A stretch of DNA of 14,857 nucleotides, from NCBI GenBank assembly GCA_017610205.1, contig JAFCCL010000016.1, forward strand, positions 1 through 14,857, written 5' to 3'. Position 1 is the first letter of the stretch, and the number at the start of each line of letters is the position of its first letter. Made by a program: the position numbers and the translations under genes. Under the pieces are notes generated by a model, which worked only from the letters and a program-made list of their open reading frames with translations, was not told the DNA's origin and did not search any database. The stretch comes from Candidatus Iainarchaeum sp. (lineage in GTDB: Archaea > Iainarchaeota > Iainarchaeia > Iainarchaeales > GCA-2688035). This document shows, one piece after another, positions 7,927 through 12,857 of the stretch.

Positions 7927-10629
7927 ATGCTTTGGCATAGTCTTGGTTTGGAGGATGTTTTTAAGCAGCTTGAGTCCGGGCGAAAGGGTCTTTCGTTTGG
8001 TTTGGCAAAGCAGAGGCTTAAGCAATTTGGTAAAAATGAAATAAGGCTTGAGAGGAAAATTTCTCCGCTGAAGATTTTTGCCGAGCAATTTAAGAGTGTT
8101 CTTGTTTTAGTGCTTTTGGCTGCGTCTTTTGTTTCCTTTGTTGTAAGCCTTTTTCCTGGTTATGAGGACAATTTAATCAATGCTATTCTAATTTTTGTGA
8201 TTGTTATTGCAAACGGGGTTTTTGGCTTTTTTCAGGAGTTTAAGGCTGAGAAGAGTTTGGAGGCTTTGAAGAAGATGAGTCCTAATAAGGCAATTGTGTT
8301 GCGTAATGGGCAGAAGCAGGTTGTTGATGCTGTTGAGCTTGTTCCTGGTGACGTGGTTTTTTTGGAGGCTGGTGAGCTTGTTCCTGCTGATGCGCGTGTT
8401 TTTCAGGCGAGGAATTTGCATTTGGATGAATCGCTTTTGACTGGTGAAAGCATGCCTGTTAGTAAGCGTACTAAGGTTTTGCCACAGCAGACAAATTTGG
8501 CAGAGCGCATTAACATGGTTTTCAAAAATAGTGTTGTTACAAGCGGAACAGGGCTTGCAATGGTAACTGAAACAGGTCTTAAGACCGAGGTTGGAAAGAT
8601 TGCTGAAAGCCTGCATGGTCCTGGTCAAAAGGCAACTCCGTTTCAGGTTGAGCTTGACAGGCTTGGGAAAAGAATTGGTTTTCTTGTTGTTATTGTTGTT
8701 GCTTTTGTTGCTTTGAATCAGTTGTTTTTTCTGAATGTTGACGGTTCTTTTGCAAACAGGCTTGTTATAGTTTTTTTGACTGCGGTTAGCCTTGCTGTTG
8801 CAGCTATTCCTGAGGGTTTGCCGGCGGTTGTTACCTGGAGTCTTGGTTTGGGAACGAGGCGGATGGCAAAAAATAATGCTTTGGTAAGAAAGCTTGCTTC
8901 TGTTGAGGGTTTGGGTGATGTTGATGTTATTTGCACTGATAAAACAGCAACTCTTACTGAGAACAGAATGACTGTTACCAGAATTTTTTCAAATGGAAAA
9001 ACTGTTAATGTTACCGGAACAGGCCATGATCTTGATGGAAATTTTTTGCTTGGTAAAATAAAAATTCCTGCTTCTGAGTTTGAGCCAATTTTAAGGGCTG
9101 GTGCTTTGTGCAATGATTCTGAGATTTCTTTTGATGAGGATAACAACAAGATTTTTGTAGGTGATCCAACTGAAATAGCGTTTCTTGTAAGTGCAAGGAA
9201 GGCTGGTTTTAGTGAGAAGAGGATTTTGCTTTCAATGCCACGAATTAATGAAATTCCATTTGAGTCTGAGAAAAAGAGAATGGTTACAGTGCATGATGCT
9301 GGGAACGGAAAGCAGGTTGTTTTTATGAAGGGCGCGCCTGAAATTGTGCTTGAGCATTGTTCAAAAATTTTGTTGCAGGGAAAAGAAGTTAAGTTGTGCA
9401 AAAAGAATGTTGATGAAATTCTTGAAAAAAACAAGTTTTTTGCTTCACAGGCTTTAAGGGTTCTTGGTTTTGCATACAAAAAGGAAAAGAAAGGCGGCAA
9501 AAAATTTGAGGAAGAACTTGTTTTTCTTGGATTGCAGGCAATGATTGACCCTCCGAGAAAAGAGGTAAAGGCAAGCATTTCAGAATGCAAGAGTGCTGGT
9601 ATAAGAGTTGTGATGCTAACAGGTGATAACATTGTTACTGCAAAGTCGATTGCTGAACAGCTTGGCATTAAGGGAAAGGCATTGGACGGAAACAAGGTTC
9701 ACAAGCTTACTGACGAGCAGCTTTCTTTTGCCGTTGAGGAAACAGGAATTTTTGCAAGGGTTTCTCCTGATGCAAAACTTCAAGTGCTTAAAGCATTGCA
9801 GGCAAATGGCCATGTGGTTGCAATGACTGGAGATGGTGTAAATGATGCGCCTGCATTGCATGCTGCTGATGTTGGGGTTTCAATGGGCTTGCGTGGAACC
9901 GATGTTGCAAGGGAGGCGTCTGATATAATTTTGCTTGACGACAATTTTAGCACAATTGTGCTTGCTGTAAAGGAAGGGCGTACTATTTTTGACAATATAA
10001 GAAAATTTGTAAATTATTTAATGACCTGCAATCTTGCAGAGGTTCTTGTGGTTTTTCTTCTTTCTTTTGGAGGCTTTATTGCCCTTTTTCCAGCCCAGCT
10101 TCTTTGGATTAATCTTTTAACAGACGGACCGCCGGCTCTTGCCATTGGAATTGACCCAGGCAATAAGGACATAATGAAACGAAAGCCAAAGAAAAAAAAT
10201 GAGGGCGTGATAAACAAAAGGCTTGCTTATTTGATTGCAGGAATTGGGGTTTGGATGACAATTCTTTTAATAGGAGTTTTCTTTATTGGATTTTCCTTTG
10301 GAGGAATTGTTCTTGCCCAAACAATGCTTTTCACAGGCTTTATCTTATACGAATTTGTCAGAATTGTAGTAATAAGGCAACAGGAGCATATTGGGCTTTT
10401 TGAAAACAAGTGGCTTGTTTACGCAGTTGGCTTTTCTTTGTTTTTACAATTACTGCTTTTGTACACGCCTTTAAGCAGCCTTTTTTCACTGGTTCAGCTT
10501 AGCTTGTTTCCAATCACACAGCTTGAAATATTCTTTTGGTCAGTACTCTTAGGCGGCGTGGCAATTGGCTGGATTGGGGCGTTTGTAATAACAAAGCTTG
10601 TTGTAAGTGCAACACCTACTCAAAACTGA
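7927..10629 (+). CDS. P-type cation-transporting ATPase, type IIA (SERCA-like Ca2+-ATPase)
   Basis: Motifs TGES, AIPEGL, CTDKTATLT (variant phosphorylation motif), KGAPE, DPPR, MLTGDN and TGDGVNDAPAL. M5 CNLAEV, M6 WINLLTDG and M8 LYE align by eye with SERCA Ca-ligands N768/E771, N796/T799/D800 and E908. Start set at ATG 7927 (GGAG at 7915-7918) rather than TTG 7903. Confidence 0.93.
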   Translation: MLWHSLGLEDVFKQLESGRKGLSFGLAKQRLKQFGKNEIRLERKISPLKIFAEQFKSVLVLVLLAASFVSFVVSLFPGYEDNLINAILIFVIVIANGVFGFFQEFKAEKSLEALKKMSPNKAIVLRNGQKQVVDAVELVPGDVVFLEAGELVPADARVFQARNLHLDESLLTGESMPVSKRTKVLPQQTNLAERINMVFKNSVVTSGTGLAMVTETGLKTEVGKIAESLHGPGQKATPFQVELDRLGKRIGFLVVIVVAFVALNQLFFLNVDGSFANRLVIVFLTAVSLAVAAIPEGLPAVVTWSLGLGTRRMAKNNALVRKLASVEGLGDVDVICTDKTATLTENRMTVTRIFSNGKTVNVTGTGHDLDGNFLLGKIKIPASEFEPILRAGALCNDSEISFDEDNNKIFVGDPTEIAFLVSARKAGFSEKRILLSMPRINEIPFESEKKRMVTVHDAGNGKQVVFMKGAPEIVLEHCSKILLQGKEVKLCKKNVDEILEKNKFFASQALRVLGFAYKKEKKGGKKFEEELVFLGLQAMIDPPRKEVKASISECKSAGIRVVMLTGDNIVTAKSIAEQLGIKGKALDGNKVHKLTDEQLSFAVEETGIFARVSPDAKLQVLKALQANGHVVAMTGDGVNDAPALHAADVGVSMGLRGTDVAREASDIILLDDNFSTIVLAVKEGRTIFDNIRKFVNYLMTCNLAEVLVVFLLSFGGFIALFPAQLLWINLLTDGPPALAIGIDPGNKDIMKRKPKKKNEGVINKRLAYLIAGIGVWMTILLIGVFFIGFSFGGIVLAQTMLFTGFILYEFVRIVVIRQQEHIGLFENKWLVYAVGFSLFLQLLLLYTPLSSLFSLVQLSLFPITQLEIFFWSVLLGGVAIGWIGAFVITKLVVSATPTQN

Positions 10630-10648
10630 AAAAGATGGCGTATCTTTT
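10630..10648. terminator. Short hairpin between convergent ATPase and tRNA genes, possible bidirectional terminator
   Basis: AAAAGAT-GGCGT-ATCTTTT inverted repeat directly after the stop codon. Confidence 0.4.
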
Positions 10649-10664
10649 GTTTCTGTTGCCACAA

Positions 10665-10737
10665 TAGCCCCGGAGAGATTCGAACTCTCGTCACTGCGCC
10701 CAGAACGCAGTATGCTTGGCCTCTACACTACGGGGCT
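10665..10737 (-). tRNA. tRNA-Gln (anticodon CUG)
   Basis: Cloverleaf with acceptor AGCCCCG/CGGGGCT plus discriminator A, anticodon arm CTGCG-TT(CTG)GG-CGCAG and T arm GAGAG-TTCGAAT-CTCTC. The A1-U72 pair is typical of archaeal tRNA-Gln. No intron and no encoded CCA. Confidence 0.97.
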
Positions 10738-10765
10738 TTGAAACATGTTATATAATTTATAAAAC

Positions 10766-10825
10766 AAATAATATTAAAAAGCTTCAAAAAATATTAAAAA
10801 TCTTTAAATAATATTAAAAAATTTT
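10766..10825 (-). repeat. Three 20-nt tandem units, each with a TATA-like core, upstream of the tRNA
   Basis: ATATTAAAAA at 10771, 10791 and 10811 (minus strand TTTTTAATAT, preceded by GAAGC, AAAGA and AAAAT respectively). Confidence 0.75.
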
Positions 10826-10846
10826 CAAAAAAAACCCTGTTGGAAT

Positions 10847-10966
10847 TATTCAATTTCAACGCTTTTTTTCCATTCCGTTTCAACATTTTTTTTTTCATTC
10901 AATTTCAATGCTTTTTTTTTCATTCAATTTCAATGCTTTTTTTTCATTCAATTTCAATGCTTTTTT
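10847..10966. repeat. Five about 24-25-nt tandem copies of the 3' end of the small membrane protein gene
   Basis: CATTCAATTTCAATGC exact at 10896, 10921 and 10945, degenerate at 10847 and 10871. Each copy is followed by a T run (7, 10, 9, 8, 6 from left to right). Confidence 0.9.
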
Positions 10967-11162
10967 CACTTCTTGTTATTGAATCAAGGCACCTGCATTC
11001 AATTTTTTCACCCAAAATTCTCGCACTTATTGTTATATCAAATCCTTCTTTTGCACATGCTGGTTCGCATTTCTCAACTATCTGCTGGTTAAAAATGTAT
11101 ACTGGCAGGGCAATTGCAAGATAGCAAACAATGGCTATTACAGCAATCTTTTCTAACTTCAT
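10944..11162 (-). CDS. Small membrane-anchored/secreted protein with CxxxC...CxC motif, function unknown
   Basis: 72 aa from ATG 11162: MKLEK, then hydrophobic IAVIAIVCYLAIALPVYIF, then CEPAC...CRC. Directly downstream of uppS on the same strand. Confidence 0.7.
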   Translation of the reverse strand: MKLEKIAVIAIVCYLAIALPVYIFNQQIVEKCEPACAKEGFDITISARILGEKIECRCLDSITRSEKSIEIE

Positions 11163-11187
11163 AAAGGTCACTTGCTTTAAAAAAAGC

Positions 11188-11883
11188 CTATTTGCCAAAA
11201 TTTCTTTTCCTTAATTCAAAGTCGTTTATTGCCTCTGCCAAATCATCTTTGCTAAATTCTGGCCAGTAGCTTTTGCAAAAATAGAGTTCACTGTAACCTG
11301 TTTGAAACGGCAAAAATCCAGAAGTTCTTTTTTCTCCGCTTGTTCTTATTACAAGGTCAGGATTTCTTAAATCAGAGTAAAGATATTTTTCAAAACTTTT
11401 TTCGTTAATGTCATCCAAGCAAATCTTGTTTTCTTGCACGTCCAAAGCAATCTTTTTTGCAGCGTCAACAATTTCAGCCCTTCCACTGTATCCAAGCGCA
11501 AGGTTAATTGTACTTGACTTGAATTCCCTTGTAATGTCCTCTGCCTTTCCAATTTTTTCAAAAAGCTTTTTTGGCAAAAGATTAAGCCTTCCAAAAAAAC
11601 GCAGTCTTATTTGCTTTTTCTCAAAATACCCAGAGCTTTTAACCCTGTCAAGTTCTTTGTCAAAAATTCTAAACAAAAGACTTAATTCAGCCTTTCTTTT
11701 CTGCATGTTTTCAAGGGAAAGCATCCAAAATGTTCCACTTTTTACTTTTGGATAATCCTCAAGCCAGTGCATTACATTCCAAGCCTTTTGTGTTCCCTGC
11801 TGGTATGCACTAAAAAAATTAATTCCGGCATTTCTTGCAAAACGCCTGTTTCCGTCAGGAATAAATGCAATAGATTCAAGCAT
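11188..11883 (-). CDS. uppS: cis-isoprenyl diphosphate synthase (UppS family)
   Basis: IAFIPDGNRRFAR, SLEN, NLALGYSGRAEIVDA, PDLVIRTSGEKRTSGFLPFQ, YSELYF...WPEF and C-terminal RKRNFGK: all conserved regions of cis-prenyltransferases. Confidence 0.96.
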   Translation of the reverse strand: MLESIAFIPDGNRRFARNAGINFFSAYQQGTQKAWNVMHWLEDYPKVKSGTFWMLSLENMQKRKAELSLLFRIFDKELDRVKSSGYFEKKQIRLRFFGRLNLLPKKLFEKIGKAEDITREFKSSTINLALGYSGRAEIVDAAKKIALDVQENKICLDDINEKSFEKYLYSDLRNPDLVIRTSGEKRTSGFLPFQTGYSELYFCKSYWPEFSKDDLAEAINDFELRKRNFGK

Positions 11884-11990
11884 TTGAAAAATACACTTCC
11901 ACAGTTAAACGACTTACCTTATCTATTAACTAAAACACTGAATTCCTTTAAAAAATTACTGTCCCCTGTACGATTTGATGATTGTAACAA

Positions 11991-12014
11991 TTGCCTTGTT
12001 TTTTTACAAGGCAA
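11991..12014. promoter_or_regulatory. Perfect 9-bp inverted repeat in the divergent uppS / small-ORF intergenic region (operator candidate)
   Basis: TTGCCTTGT-TTTTTT-ACAAGGCAA. The half-site CAATTGCCTT recurs at 12028. Confidence 0.5.
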
Positions 12015-12054
12015 GAATTAAATAATGCAATTGCCTTAATATAACGGTTTTCAA

Positions 12055-12246
12055 ATGACTAAAATAACCGAGAAAAAAAAAGAACAAATGGCTGAAATAG
12101 TTTCCGACCTCAAAGCAAAAATGGCAGAACTTGACGAGCTTGGAAAAAAAATCAAACTGGAAGGAAGGCTTGTTTCCCCAGGCAAAACAAAACAAATTCT
12201 TGAAGAAATAAAAGTTCCTCCACTAAAGCTTCTCAAAGAACACTAA
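12055..12246 (+). CDS. Small Lys/Glu-rich hypothetical protein, probable N-terminal coiled coil
   Basis: 63 aa with ATG start, filling otherwise empty space. A/C-ending codons match the neighbouring DUF192 gene. Heptad-like MAEIVSDLKAKMAELDELGKKI. Confidence 0.6.
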   Translation: MTKITEKKKEQMAEIVSDLKAKMAELDELGKKIKLEGRLVSPGKTKQILEEIKVPPLKLLKEH

Positions 12247-12363
12247 AAAAATCAGCAAAATTCCAACCCTTCAAAAAAAAAATTCAAAAAATTCAAAAAA
12301 ATCAAAAAAAACGAAAAAAATTCAAAAAAAAACGAAAAAAATTCAAAAAAAGGCTGATTCAAA
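12247..12363. repeat. Low-complexity A-tract repeat spacer
   Basis: Repeated (T)TCA(6-10) units, including two near-identical CA(8-9)CGA(7)TT copies at 12303-12343. Confidence 0.8.
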
Positions 12364-12714
12364 ATGCTTTCAAACAAAACAACCAAAAAAAAAATAATTG
12401 CCAAAACATTCCTTGCAGAAACCCACTGGCAAAAAATGAAAGGACTAATGTTTGAAGACGCAAAAAAATTCAACTACGGCCTGATATTCTGCCTGCCACG
12501 TGAATCAATTGCAAACGCAACAATTCACATGCTTTTTGTGTTCTTTCCAATTGACATAATATACCTTGACAAAAACAAAAAAGTTACAGACCTTGCAAAA
12601 AACATTCTCCCCTTCTCGCTTGGATATACTCCAAAAAAGCCAAGCAAATACTTTATAGAACTACCTGCAGGAAAAAGCAAAGGCACCAAAATCGGAGACG
12701 AACTTCACTGGTAG
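12364..12714 (+). CDS. DUF192 (UPF0127) family protein
   Basis: 116 aa. The AET...KGLMF, GLIF, IHMLFVFFPIDIIYLD and YFIELPAG...IGDEL pattern is characteristic of DUF192. Confidence 0.9.
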   Translation: MLSNKTTKKKIIAKTFLAETHWQKMKGLMFEDAKKFNYGLIFCLPRESIANATIHMLFVFFPIDIIYLDKNKKVTDLAKNILPFSLGYTPKKPSKYFIELPAGKSKGTKIGDELHW

Positions 12715-12757
12715 CCGCCACGCCCGGCTGGTGCGAGAGCCGCCACTGCCGGCTGGT
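12713..12757. repeat. Two GC-rich 20-nt palindromic direct repeats
   Basis: AGCCGCCACGCCCGGCTGGT (12713-12732) and AGCCGCCACTGCCGGCTGGT (12738-12757) are 18/20 identical. Each folds AGCCG-N7-CGGCT. Confidence 0.8.
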
Positions 12758-12857
12758 CAGAGTGCCATCTTCGCTTTGGCTTGATGACACGATTTTGACT
12801 ATAGCAATCGCGCTTTGTAGCCGCAAACAAGGCTAGCAATATAATTTCCTCATTTTA

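Noticed and set aside
8188-10409. Minus-strand ORFs up to 325 aa inside the P-type ATPase
   Set aside because: Antisense shadows favoured by biased codon usage.
10665-10737. tRNA as an integration site
   Set aside because: No integrase and no duplicated tRNA 3' fragment in the window.
10847-10966. Possible CRISPR array (ATTGAAA-containing repeats)
   Set aside because: No unique spacers, only T tracts. The unit is the end of the adjacent gene and there are no cas genes.
12252-12473. 73-aa Phe-rich minus-strand ORF
   Set aside because: Translation of the A-tract spacer, antisense to DUF192.
12781-12800. TGATGA as box C of a C/D sRNA (also near 11976)
   Set aside because: No appropriately placed CTGA box D or D'/C' pair on the same strand.
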